Assembly: GCF_006345805.1 (NCBI RefSeq)
Contig: NC_042998.1
Coordinates: 96,348,001-96,412,000 of the forward strand
Direction: 5' to 3'
From: Octopus sinensis
Lineage: Eukaryota
Length of the DNA: 64,000 nt
Part shown: positions 12,720 through 25,937 of the stretch, piece by piece
Position numbering within the stretch: the first letter of the stretch is position 1
Layout of the letters: every line of letters begins with the position of its first letter
The notes under the pieces: model-generated
Told to the model about the DNA's origin: nothing
What the model saw: the letters and a program-made list of their open reading frames with translations, nothing else
The model's database searches: none
Position numbers and translations under genes: made by a program

Positions 12720-12900
12720 TCTGAGGTAGGTGGTTAGTCGATACTATCGACCGTAGTATTTTATTTTATGGTACTTTTGTTTTATCGACCTCAAAAAAGA
12801 TGACTGACAAAATTGACCTCAACGGAGTTTGAACTTAGTACATAAAGGGTCGGAAGAAATGCGCAAAACCATTTTGTTCGAGGCTAAAATGATTAGACCA
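12720..12900 (-). mobile_element. Family A SINE, degenerate
   Basis: Reverse-complement CORE-like block and B box. Confidence 0.6.
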
Positions 12901-13224
12901 CAGAAATGTGAGGAGAGGGACTAATAGACGTTGGTACTTAGCTGAAACTTTTATTGTCCCTGCCGAAAGGATGAAAATCAGAGCTGACTTCAGCGAGATT
13001 GATAATCAAACATATGTAAAAAAAACCTGCATGTTGAGAGCGGAATATGGTCGACTAAATCGGTTACGTTTCTTTGTTGGTTTATATTTAATCAAACCTG
13101 GCAGAATGGTATGCAAAGTCGAAAGTGACTGGCTTTGAACTCTGAACGAAAAGACCGTAGCTAAATACTGCAAGGCATTATAGTCAAAGTCCTGTACCGT
13201 CCCTGCCACTCTGACGCCCTTTTA

Positions 13225-13479
13225 TTTTTTATCTTTTACATGTTTCAGTCATTGGAGTGTGGCCATTCTAGAGAAGCCGTTTCGTAGGGTTTTAGCCAAA
13301 CACATTGACCTCACATCCCAAAACTTATGTTTTTTTTATCTTTAATTTTAAGGTGTATTTTGCTGAACTGCTACTTAACGGGGGCGTAAACAAATCAAAC
13401 ACTCGTTGCAAGTGGTGGAATGTCGTGACAAATACAGACAAAAGGGACACACACACACACACACATGTATGTGCATGAA

Positions 13480-13510
<31 letters not shown>

Positions 13511-13736
13511 AGAGAGAAGGAGGGGGAGAGTGTGATTATGGTAAATACATGGTTATATTATTTGTTCCCTACATCCGTTTCACCATAGTGGTTATTTGCA
13601 ACTTCTGCATTGGATGTTCTGAGTGAAATTGGTTGCTCGACCACAACAGATCGTCAAGGGAACACTTTATTTGCATTATGTTCGATCAAATATCTAAATG
13701 CACGTAACTATAGCAATCGTACAAAATTTACTCTCT

Positions 13737-13776
<40 letters not shown>

Positions 13777-13925
13777 ATGCATAAGACGGGTTTCACGCAG
13801 TTTCCGTGTACCAAATTCACTCTCAAGACATTGGTCGGCCTCAGGCCGTAGATGAAGATGCTTGCGTAAGGTGCCGTGCAGTGGGATTGAATCCGTAACA
13901 ACATGGTTGCCTAGCGAGCTTTTTA
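13225..13925 (-). mobile_element. Family C tRNA-SINE with internal microsatellite (interrupted)
   Basis: Head at ~13760-13925 (GTGCCGTGCAGTGGGATTGAATCC), tail at ~13225-13430. Confidence 0.65.
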
Positions 13926-15083
13926 AACCACGCCGCCCTACCTGCGTCTATCGTAATCATTATAAAAAGTCAGGTGTTATATCGTTCTTTGCCCTAGTTA
14001 ACATGTATTCTAAATATTTGATGTCAAATAATGTTACTTGATATTAATATTGTAGCGAAAAAGGGAACTATGTTGATTCGGGTCACAGCAGTCAGTATTC
14101 ATTATTTAGTATGTTAAAGGGGAAAAATGCAAGGATTGTTTCATCTGTCCGACTAAATCATATTTCATAAAGACAGAGTTTTAACACTACGTAACAAATT
14201 GCTACGATAAATCATTATGGTTCTCTCGCCTCATTCGGAGCAATAGAAAGTTTTGCGCAAAATGCTTAATGTTTATTCAAATATGAAACATATCTTCGTA
14301 AAGCAATAAAATATTGATTATTGAGTGTGAACCACTAAAAATAAGATTAGCTTATGTGATCCTATAGTAAAATAAAATAAAATGATAAGGATTAAATCTG
14401 ATCCTATTCAAATGCTTTGGAAATTATAAGATTTATTTATTGATTTAGAAGTAAATAAAACCTAAAGTTTTTATTTATTATAAGATCAAACTAAGATTTA
14501 AACTTTATAAAGTTGCTAAGTTAGCACCAGAAAGTGGTCTACTTGGTTAAAACAAAGACGTATCTGCGTTTACATATTCATATACCTGACAATGTTTGGT
14601 TATCATTTACGTATGAATGTATGGGTCTGTTAATATCGTGAAGGTATGTATGCATGTATATATGTATTTGTGGGGGGGGGGGTATGTGTATGTGTCCACT
14701 TCCTCTGCAGATATTTTTGCAGTGATGGTTCTAGATCTAAACAAGAAAATCTGACGACCATAGGTCAATCAGAGCTAGACGAAATTTACACACGCACGTG
14801 TATGTGTGTGTGTGTGGGTGGGGCGCGCGTGAGTATGTGTGTACCTGTCTGCATGTGTTTGTGTATGTGCGTGTAGCAATGAGTTCCCCGTGATCTCGGA
14901 TATATTGTATTTCCCAAGAAATGTTCCCAAATTAATGTGAGACTCTGGAAACATTTGAGATCGAACATAGTCTTGAAAGTTTTATTTTTTACTTGCCTGC
15001 GTTTTAGAGAAACTTACAAGAATTGCCACACGAAATTTGTCGCTTTTTGTATTCCATAGTTCAAACGGAGTTACTTTTAAAAT

Positions 15084-15196
<113 letters not shown>

Positions 15197-15455
15197 GCAT
15201 ACATACATATATATATATACATACATACATACATATATATATACATACATATATATATACTACATATACTTTGATACTTTGATAGGTTTCGGCCATTATT
15301 GGCCCAGGCCATGTCTAACTTAATAGCACCACTTAATAAATATAGACATATTTATATAAAGCATCAGACACACACACATAACATACAACTATATATTGTA
15401 TATGTATAAAAATATTTATCGACACACACACACAAACACACACACACACACGCAC

Positions 15456-15497
<42 letters not shown>

Positions 15498-16268
15498 GTC
15501 GATAAATATTATTTGCATATACATACGTATACTATTATGTATATTTATATATATATGAACATACACGTATGTTTACTTGAATGTACGTAAAGCATAAATG
15601 TGTGTGCGCAAGCCACGCAAGCACGCTTACGTATTGGTTGGTATGCTTGAATATATGTAATCTAATGTATAATATATCACTTTATATATAATGTTATATG
15701 ATACGAACAGTATGATAGAGTGCTTTTCTTGGCGATTATTCCTTATTTAGGTGAAAGACAGCCTTGCATAAAGAATATAAAGAAGTAAAGGTATATTATA
15801 ATTCTCAAGGAAAGCAATAAACAAATTGCTATCAGTCATAAAATCTAAACCGTACAAAACTTGCACTGTACAATAAAAGCGAAAATCTTCTGCGTTCAAT
15901 ATACATTTTAACAAAAGAAAGAGTTAATAAAAGATAGTGAGCGTAAAGGTCGACAAAGCTACCAGAGAGCTGCACTTAATATTTATGGGACATTATCTGT
16001 TCTCACAGATATTTAAATACTCTGTGCAACACACATACGTTATATAAATACTGTACATAGGTCTCTACAACAAGAAATACACACAAATATATAAATGTAC
16101 CTACACACAAATGGATTCTAGATTTTCTTAGCGCAAATATAAACTGCAGGAGTGTTCGTTATTCATCTACATAATTATAAACCTGTATCGAGAGATCTCT
16201 TTTTTTTCATACGGGCTTATGTGGGCGAGTTTTAGTCACCAATGGTTGCAAAGGGAAATCCTTCGACT

Positions 16269-16309
16269 CACACACACACACACACACACACGTACACATA
16301 TATGAAGAC

Positions 16310-16350
<41 letters not shown>

Positions 16351-16441
16351 GATATGCATTTATCTATATGTGTGTATATGTGTGTGTTATAGCTAACAAA
16401 TATGTGTAAATATAAATAAGATATATTATATGTACATGTGT

Positions 16442-16494
<53 letters not shown>

Positions 16495-16536
16495 TACATA
16501 TATATATACTTACATATATACATATATATATATATA

Positions 16537-16576
<40 letters not shown>

Positions 16577-16976
16577 GTTTTATTTCGGGATGGTCTTCTT
16601 TTTCTTTCTTTTTTATTGTTCTTCTTTTTTTTTTAATCAAATAAACGCGCAAAATATAATCGTTCTTCACTCCAGCTTCATCATTGTTCTTATTTTAGCG
16701 TCCTTCGTCTGTAATCTTTCGTCACAGAACAGGACGGGAACATGTAGGATGGTGAGCAGCTGAAGAGGTGACAGGATGTGTGACGAAAGATTTCAGATAA
16801 AGTTCACTAGAATAACAACAATTTAATGCTAGAATGAAGAATCAATATACAGTGCGCGTTTTTATTTGGCAGAAAAAAAAAAATTAACATCCTCAAATAT
16901 AACAATATCTATTTCAACACACGATTTCACATCAGGAATCGTGCAAAACAAATACATTACATACACACACACATTT

Positions 16977-17035
<59 letters not shown>

Positions 17036-17203
17036 GAATAAGGGTGAAAAAATTGAATATTTGATTAATATCAATTTAAATCCAATGGTCTTGCATATTA
17101 AAATCTGAACGTTCAGAAAATATATTATATACATATAAGCATATTAAGAGGGATGACCATTACGTTGTCAACGTAGGGGGTCATCCCTCCTATATGTATG
17201 TAA

Positions 17204-17254
<51 letters not shown>

Positions 17255-17274
17255 ATATATATATATATATATAT

Positions 17275-17313
<39 letters not shown>

Positions 17314-17402
17314 AAAAAAGGTGACGACCGAAATTCCGCCGGTACAGTCCAAGTAAAGAATATATATAAAATATATATGAATATATATATATAAGAATAT
17401 AA

Positions 17403-17433
<31 letters not shown>

Positions 17434-17507
17434 CATACATACAAATATACAGACACACACATACCACACATACATATATACATACATGTATATACACACA
17501 CACACAC

Positions 17508-17564
<57 letters not shown>

Positions 17565-17901
17565 ATATATATATACATACCTACATATATATATATCAGA
17601 TATATATCAGAGAAAGAGGAAAGGAGGAAAATTTGGTAAATATAGTTGTGGCAGTGGAGATTCAGATTTTATTCTTCATTCTGTCTAAGTCAGTCTATAT
17701 ATTCAGGGATTATGGTTAGTTTTCATCAGTCAGCTGACCATAAAATAAGAATGTAGTGATGTTCATTCAATGGATTGTACATTTCTTCCACAAAAATTTG
17801 TCTTTGAGCCTGTTGTTAAGGTATCTCAAAGCTACAGGCACCTATCACACACACACACACACCACACACACACACACACACACGTACACATATATGAAGA
17901 C

Positions 17902-17942
<41 letters not shown>

Positions 17943-18097
17943 GATATGCATTTATCTATATGTGTGTATATGTGTGTGTTATAGCTAACAAATATGTGTA
18001 AATATAAATAAGATATATTATATGTACATGTGTGCGCATATATATATATATATACACACACACACATATATATATATATACATACCTACATATATAT

Positions 18098-18141
<44 letters not shown>

Positions 18142-18538
18142 GTTTTATTTCGGGATGGTCTTCTTTTTCTTTCTTTTTTATTGTTTCTTCTTTTTTTTTT
18201 AATCAAATAAACGCGCAAAATATAATCGTTCTTCACTCCAGCTTCATCATTGTTCTTATTTTAGCGTCCTTCGTCTGTAATCTTTCGTCACAGAACAGGA
18301 CGGGAACATGTAGGATGGTGAGCAGCTGAAGAGGTGACAGGATGTGTGACGAAAGATTTCAGATAAAGTTCACTAGAATAACAACAATTTAATGCTAGAA
18401 TGAAGAATCAATATACAGTGCGCGTTTTTATTTGGCAGAAAAAAAAATTAACATCCCCAAATATAACAATATCTATTTCAACACACGATTTCACATCAGG
18501 AATCGTGCAAAACAAATACATTACTACACACACACATT

Positions 18539-18604
<66 letters not shown>

Positions 18605-18787
18605 TATATATATATATTTAGAATAAGGGTGAAAAAATTGAATATTTGATTAATATCAATTTAAATCAATGGTCTTGCATATTAAAATCTGAACGTTCAG
18701 AAAATATATTATATACATATAAGCATATTAAGAGGGATGACCATTACGTTGTCAACGTAGGGGGTCATCCCTCCTATATGTATGTAA

Positions 18788-18854
<67 letters not shown>

Positions 18855-18855
18855 A

Positions 18856-18897
<42 letters not shown>

Positions 18898-19070
18898 AAA
18901 AAAGGTGACGACCGAAATTCCGCCGGTACAGTCCAAGTAAAGAATATATATAAAATATATATGAATATATATATATATAAGAATATAAATACATGTATAT
19001 ATATATATATATATACATACATACAAATATACAGACACACACATACCACACATACATATATACATACATG

Positions 19071-19154
<84 letters not shown>

Positions 19155-19422
19155 CCTACATATATATATATATCAGATATATATCAGAGAAAGAGGAAAG
19201 GAGGAAAATTTGGTAAATATAGTTGTGGCAGTGGAGATTCAGATTTTATTCTTCATTCTGTCTAAGTCAGTCTATATATTCAGGGATTATGGTTAGTTTT
19301 CATCAGTCAGCTGACCATAAAATAAAGAATGTAGTGATGTTCATTCAATGGATTGTACATTTCTTCCACAAAAATTTGTCTTTGAGCCTGTTGTTAAGGT
19401 ATCTCAAAGCTACAGGCACCTA

Positions 19423-19453
<31 letters not shown>
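16269..19453 (+). repeat. Tandem duplication of a ~1.59-kb unit, junctions in (CA)n tracts
   Basis: CGTACACATATATGAAGACG at 16291 and 17883. All unique blocks recur in order; second copy ends in (CA)n at 19424-19453. Confidence 0.95.
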
Positions 19454-19455
<2 letters not shown>

Positions 19456-19504
19456 AATATATACACATACATACATACACTTGCATACATACATTCATAC
19501 ATAC

Positions 19505-19535
<31 letters not shown>

Positions 19536-20633
19536 CATACATACATACATACATACATACATACATAAATGTATATATATATGCATATACGTATATCTTT
19601 GCACAGATATATCTATATAATCTATAAATATGTAAATATATAAATATTTTCTTGTTATTATAATGAATAATACGTTCGCAATAATGGTATAATTCCATAC
19701 AAAAATAATAAAAAAAAGAATATTACTCAATATTGATATATATTTGACGGATTTTGAAGATAATTTTTGAAACGAACTCTAACAATTTATAGTGAATTAC
19801 ACAACCGCCATGTGATGTTACTCCGAGTTGTGAAATCGTGTGTATTTTCTATTGAAATATATATATAGCTCACTGATTACATATCACAATAATAGTTATG
19901 TGTTCGTAGCACTCGAAACATTTGTTCGTCATGGTTACTTCTCACCTGAAATGTATTCAACTGAGTTCAATGAGAGCCTTATATATTATATACGCTATTC
20001 CCTATCCCCCCCACCACCACCACACACTGTGTGATCACCTGTTTCACGATTTCTCGTAAAGATGGCGTAATTCCTAACTTCAAACCCCATTTAAATTCGC
20101 AAAAATAATGACAGAGAAAGAAAGAAGAAAAAAAAACTATGTATATTGTATTTATTGTTATTTGAAAATAATTTCTAATACAAAGAAGTAAAATTGCTGA
20201 TTTTAAGATATATTATGTTTGGTGTCAGTTTCTATAACAACAATAATAAAACAAGTGCCTTTTAAATATGCTATGTTTATTATGTCAGCAAAACAATACT
20301 ACCAGTACAGCCAGCTGGTTTTTATGGACAAAAACTATACGGATGGGTAGGTATTATTAATGTTTCACGATTTGGCTCCATATCAAGAAAGACATTTATT
20401 TGTAACCTTTTATTACGTCAGTAATTTGATAAAGTCTGAAATTAGTGAAAACTGGTAAAGATCTGCGTTCGACCAGAATAAATCAAATAGAAAGGATTTT
20501 GCAGAATGTCAAGTAAGTTCAGTTGCAGAGTTGATTGAAAAGTTTAATAATTTGGCCTGTTGCCTCTGTCTGAATCCAAGTTTAAAATACACTTTTACCA
20601 CTAATTTCTGCTTAACTTTCATATGCAGTGACG

Positions 20634-20788
20634 TCAGCTTTTTGTACTCTTTGTTTGAAGATTTGGCTCCGGCCTTAGCTTTAGGCCGGCACTCAACACT
20701 TCGATGGAGTCGTTGAAATGCCGTTGTGAAATACGATGTATCTTGAGCCTTTTCAGTCCTGGTGGAGACCATCCTGTTTCAGGCCTAT
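20634..20788 (-). CDS. Candidate terminal coding exon, product unknown (xDRPETGWSPPGLKRLKIHRISQRHFNDSIEVLSAGLKLRPEPNLQTKSTKS*)
   Basis: GC-richer than flanks, pyrimidine tract, acceptor AG at 20790-20789, 50 open codons to TGA at 20636-20634. Not in the ORF track and no homologue recognised. Confidence 0.45.
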
Positions 20789-20834
20789 CTACAACCGATT
20801 TCTTCAACAAGAGAGGACAGGCAGGAAGAGGCTA

Positions 20835-21000
20835 ATCAACTTCGGTACGTGACTGGTACTTTATTTATCGGTCACCAAAAGATGAAAGGTAAAGTTGACT
20901 TCTGTGGGATTTGAACTTGGTGTGTAGAAAGCCAGAACGAATACTGCAAAATAATCTATCCGACGCTCTAATGATGCTGTCAATTGGCCGTCCATCTGGG
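20835..21000 (-). mobile_element. Family A SINE, degenerate
   Basis: GGTACTTTATTTATCG...AAAGTTGACTTCTGTGGGATTTGAACT, the reverse complement of the family A core. Confidence 0.65.
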
Positions 21001-21698
21001 CACTAATTAGGCTCTACATTGCTTAACTTTGATGATCGAATGAGAACGGATGTCTTCTTTGAGACAAAATCCTTAAAACTTTCCTGTTCTCGTGGTAATT
21101 GAACTTATTCGACATGCTACGAAACCTCCTTTACATTAGTAATGTTTTTGCTTTCTTTTTTATTTATTTTTTTAATTCTTTATTCCTCTCTATTTTTGCA
21201 TGAGCCACGTTGTATGTATAACATATAATTTGTATATATAGCATATAACTTTGAAATCTGGTTCCACTGGTATATCACCTGTTGAATCTCCTGGAGATTT
21301 CGTCTATCAATTTCTTTCATAAACGATGAAATCATCGATGCATTTGTTAACTTTTGTCCTCCTGCATCTAATTGACTAATAATAGGAAATTTAGTCTTTT
21401 AGTCAAGAGGCAAGTATCTCCAAAACCTGTGAGTGAGAGAGAAGAAAGTATCGTTAAAACGACGTGGTCGAAATAATTGCAACAGGGTAAACTCCGCTGA
21501 AAACACCCATGCTGGAAGATGATGAGATTACATCGAGTAACGGATTAAGTCTACTATCCCAGTAAACTATAATGGGATTTGCATTCGAAATGAAAAGAGC
21601 CGGAACAAATTCCTTGAGGCATTCTATTAGATTCTCTATTGACTCTACTACTACGTTACGAAATCTGCATTCCATTTCCAATATATTAAGCAAAGTAA

Positions 21699-22370
21699 GG
21701 GCAGTGAGCTGGCAGAATCGTTAGCACACCGGGCAAAATACTCAGCGATATCTCGTCCGTGCTTATGTTCCGAGTTCAAATTCCGCAGAAGTCTACTTTG
21801 CCTTTCATTCTTTCAGGGTCGATAAAATATGTACCGTTGAATCCTGGGGTCGATGTAATGGACTTACACTCTTCCCCCGGAATTGCTGGACTTGTGCCAA
21901 AATTTGAAATCAATGTATTAAGCGAAGTGAGATGGCAAACTGGCAAACTCGTAAACACGTCAGACAAAATACTTAGCGGCATTTGGTATAGCTTTACGTT
22001 CTGAGTTCAAGTTCCGCCAAGGTCGTCGTTGCCTTTTATCGTTTTGAATTCGATAAAATAATTACCAGTCAAGCACTGGACTGGGATCAATGTAATCGAT
22101 TTACCCACAGCCCTAAAATTGCTGACCTTGTACCAAAAAGTTGAAACTATTATTAAAAGGCAATGAATAGTTTGAATCTTTAGCACGTCGGATGAGATGC
22201 TTAGCAGCGTTTCTTCCGGTTTTACGTTCTGAGTTCAAATCCTGCCGAGGTCGACTTTGCCTTTCCTTTCGTGGTCAATAAAATAAGTACCAGTCAAGTA
22301 CTGAGGTCAATGTAATCGACTCCCTCGTCTCCTCAAAATTCCCCAATTTGTCGTCAAAGTTAAAATTAAT
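21699..22370 (+). mobile_element. Three head-to-tail family A SINEs
   Basis: Heads at ~21699, ~21925 and ~22160, each with GAGTTCAA B box and CORE-like block. Confidence 0.85.
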
Positions 22371-22714
22371 ATTTAAGTGTCTATCTAAAGAAACCTATCC
22401 CATTTGTATATTTCCAGCCTCTCCCAATATTTCTAGCGCCGAGACCTCTTTTCTATTAACCTTTCTAGTTCGAGTCATCATAGCTTCATTCTATAAATAG
22501 ATTGTTGTAAGTATCACATGTCATTCAGGAAAGGAGTTAGAATGAAATGAGTTACTTGGTGAGGATGTATTCGTTGTTTCAACACAGTTTCTGTAGTTTC
22601 GTCTATAATATAGGACTTAGTATATTGTATCTAGTTATTAGAGTTGTTTGTCTCGGTCCTAGAAGTTACACATACGACAGCAGTGTCTTGCTTGTTTTTT
22701 CTAAGTGGTGGATT

Positions 22715-22930
22715 GGTGGAGTAATTGGAGCATCCGGGATAAAATGCTAGGCAATATTTTGTGCTCTGAGTTCAAATCCTGCCAAGGTAAATTAGCTTTT
22801 TATACTTACCGGATTGATAAAAAAAATAATGTACCATTCCAGGGAGATGGATTGGCAGAACTGTAAGAACCTCAGATCAGATACCTTGCAGTATCTTTTC
22901 CGGTTCCGAGTTCAAATCACGCCATGGTCT
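22715..22930 (+). mobile_element. Two further degenerate family A SINE fragments
   Basis: GAGTTCAAATCCTGCCAAGG (22768) and GAGTTCAAATCACGCC (22908). Confidence 0.55.
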
Positions 22931-23157
22931 ACTTGGCAGGTAGATTAATGCGTCAGCCGATTTAACTCCACCAATTGGGACCACGGGTATCTCTAGTGGT
23001 GTCTTCTCTTTTGAAAACACTCTGGCCAGGTCTCAAGTTTGAGGATATTTTCCCCCACTCTCTATCTGTGGATTAAGTTGTTGTCACTTTTGCCAGCCTT
23101 AATCAAACAAACCTATTATTAAATATGTTCCAGCCGTGATCAATTCATCGGATATTG

Positions 23158-23372
23158 GTTTCAAATTTTGGTACAAGGCCAGTAAGTTCGGGGGATGGGA
23201 TAAGTCGAATACATCGAACCCAGTACTCGACTGGTACTTATTTTATCGACTACGAAAGAATGAAAGACAAAGTCGACCGCGGCAGAATTTGAACTCAAAA
23301 ACTTAAAAACGGACGAAATGCTGCTAAACATGTTGCCTGGTGTACTAACGATTCTACCAGCTTGCCGCTTAC
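23158..23372 (-). mobile_element. Family A SINE, full length
   Basis: Reverse complement of head, B box, core and GTTTCAAATTTTGGTACAAGGCC tail. Confidence 0.85.
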
Positions 23373-23506
23373 ATCCCATCTGATATTAACCACAAATCAT
23401 CGTTCTTCTCTTCTAAGATCCAAAGGTATGATATGAATGAGATTTACCTGCCATTTCTTGCAGAGCGAGTGACCACACACACACGTTTTTTTCTTAGCTC
23501 ATTATA

Positions 23507-23832
23507 GTGAGGGCGCGTGGCTTAGTGGTTAGGGCATTCGGCTCATGATCGTAAGGTTGTGAGTTCGATTCCCGGCGACGCGTTGTGTCCTTGAGCAAGA
23601 CACTTTATTTCATGTTGCTCCAGTCCACTCAGCTGGCAAAAATGAGTTGTACTTGTATTTCAAAGGGTCAGCCTTGTCACTCTCTGTGTCACGCTGATTA
23701 TCCCCGAGAACTACGTTAAGGGTACACGTGTCTGTGGAATGCTCAGCCATTTGCACGTTAATTTCACGAGCAAGCTGTTCCGTTGATCGTATCAGCTGGG
23801 ACCCTCGTCGTCGTAACCGGCGGAGTCTTTAA
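23507..23832 (+). mobile_element. Family B tRNA-SINE, full length, 11-bp TSD
   Basis: TGGCTTAGTGGTTAG A box, GAGTTCGATTCCC B box, CORE-like CCACTCAGCTGGCAAAAATGAGT. TSD AGCTCATTATA at 23496-23506 and 23833-23843. Confidence 0.9.
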
Positions 23833-23854
23833 AGCTCATTATATATATATACAT

Positions 23855-24079
23855 ATATTCTTTTATTCCTTTCGTTATTTTATTTAATTCAGTCATTGAC
23901 TGCGGCCATGCTGGAGCACCGTCTTTAGTCGAACTAATCGATCACAGAACTGTAAGCCTGGTACTTATTCTACCGGTCTCTTTTGCCGAACAACTAACTT
24001 ACGGAGATGTAAACACACAAACATCGGTCATCAAGTGATGGTAGGGAGACAAACGCAGACACACAAATACATACATACA

Positions 24080-24113
<34 letters not shown>

Positions 24114-24270
24114 CATATACGACAGGCCTTTCAGTTTCCGTCTACCAAATCCACTCACAAAGCTTAGGTCGGCACGAAGCCATAGTAGCCCAAGGTACCA
24201 CGCAGTGGGACTGAACCCGGAAGCATGTGGTTAGGAAGCAAGCTTCTTACCACGCAGTCACTCATATGTA
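23855..24270 (-). mobile_element. Family C SINE with internal (TACA)n
   Basis: Same head and tail as the other family C copies. Confidence 0.85.
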
Positions 24271-24301
24271 TCTAAATTATATTATATTATATATATATAT
24301 A

Positions 24302-24508
24302 GTGAAATATTCTTGTCACTTAAATGTGGATGACACCTAAGGGTGGATGCTACTGTAGCTTGTAGCCCCAGGAGGACACCTCCTCCAGCTGATAGAGCAC
24401 AGAAAGTGTGTCAATAGCCAGCTGGAGGAGGTGTCCTCCTGGGGCTACAAGCTACAGTAGCATTCACCCTTAGGGGTCAGCCACATTTAAGTGTAAAAAA
24501 TACTTCAC
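24302..24508. repeat. Long inverted repeat: 90-bp arms, 27-nt loop
   Basis: Arms 24302-24391 and 24419-24508, 83/90 complementary; inner 45 bp perfect. Confidence 0.95.
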
Positions 24509-24574
24509 GATGTGTTGCAGCTAGTGTTTATACCTCGCTCAGAGATTTATTATATATAATATATATTGTGTATG

Positions 24575-24850
24575 TGTGTGACCTTCTAGTTAAGGTGTTG
24601 CACTCACGACTGCTACATCGTGTGTTCGATTCCCGGAACGCGAGTCGCGTCGTGCTCTTGAGCAAAACACTTAATTTCACGTTGTTCTTTCAACATCTGA
24701 CGCGGTGCACCCTTGTGCACATGTACAGGCAATTTGATAGAAGGGGTGAGCTATGTACAGCACATACACTTGATCACAATAAACAAATCACCTGTGTAGG
24801 TCGTTCGGCAAAAGCTGAACACTAATATGTCGTCTTCGGCGAGAGTCCAA
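24575..24850 (+). mobile_element. tRNA-derived SINE (family of 7879-8144)
   Basis: GTTAAGGTGTTGCACTCACG...GTTCGATTCCC head. Confidence 0.7.
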
Positions 24851-24865
24851 CAGACAAATTTTTGA

Positions 24866-24939
24866 TAGCCCGATAACTGAAGAGATGCCGGTGCGGATTT
24901 CTGCCCCGACATCCGAAACTCGGAATTTTATCATGGCTA
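24866..24939 (+). ncRNA. Degenerate type I hammerhead-ribozyme-like motif
   Basis: CTGAAGA 24877-24883, stem II GATGcCGG/CCGaCATC, GAAAC 24915-24919, stem I TAGCC-c-GATAA/TTATC-at-GGCTA. Cleavage triplet reads ATT rather than GTH. Confidence 0.55.
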
Positions 24940-24975
24940 CCGAATAATTGTCACATATTATATTTAGTTATATAT

Positions 24976-25026
<51 letters not shown>

Positions 25027-25867
25027 GTTTTTTGTCTACGAAATTAATTTAGTCAGATCTTTTACGGCCAGACGGGCTTCTCGTCGCCAATCCTACTTGT
25101 TTCCAAACATGTGTTCACTGGAGATTGGAAACGAAGAAACTGTTTATGCAATAGTGACGCTCATTTACTACAATTATCGCACGATATCAAGACAAGGCGA
25201 CCTTTTTGATGTAAATAATTTTGGGTCTTAACATGGTCTGATTTGAATTTTATCTTCTACGGAATGAAGAGCAAGCCTTCTTCTATCATATTCTCAATTT
25301 TGGTCAACTTGCGCCGCAGGGCCTCGGAGGAGATAGTGTTAGTTGAACGCTACCAAACCTGCCACACCCAGACCACTTCAGCTTTATATATATATATATA
25401 TATACGACGTTTTCTTTCCCTTTACGAAATCCACTCACAAGGCTTTGGTTAGCCCTGGGACTTATAGCCGAAAACACTTGGCCAAGGTGTCACGCAGTGA
25501 GATTGAACCTAAAACCTCTTTAGTGAGAAACGAACTTCCAAGCAACACAGCCATATTTTGTGAGAGAGAGATTATTAAGAACCTAGGCAGAACAAGTGAA
25601 ATAGATAATCACTGAGAGTGCGAAGCAACTTAGCAGGTACTCGAGGATATGATTTATTGGAATTAAACAATGTTCAAAACTGCACATTAATTTGATGCTC
25701 GAAGACAATCTGAAACATTTGATCGTAATTCATCTCACGAAACATAAGATGTTTCGGTGACTATTCATCTTGGGCTCATTTTATCTCTTTGGCCTGGTCT
25801 AGCTACCATATGGAGATCTTCCTCTTTGGCAATACACACACACTCACAAACACATACACACACACAC

Positions 25868-25937
<70 letters not shown>

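Noticed and set aside
15281-15310. Minus-strand CTG-GGCC-aataat-GGCC-GAAAC as a hammerhead
   Set aside because: Stem II and GAAAC look typical, but ATGA of the core, the GTH site and stem I are missing.
16269-19453. CRISPR-like array or satellite
   Set aside because: Only two long copies with no repeat-spacer structure; eukaryotic context.
20509-20772. 87-aa minus-strand ORF from the track as the real reading frame
   Set aside because: Its 3' half runs into AT-rich flank; the other frame fits the splice acceptor and the GC boundary better.
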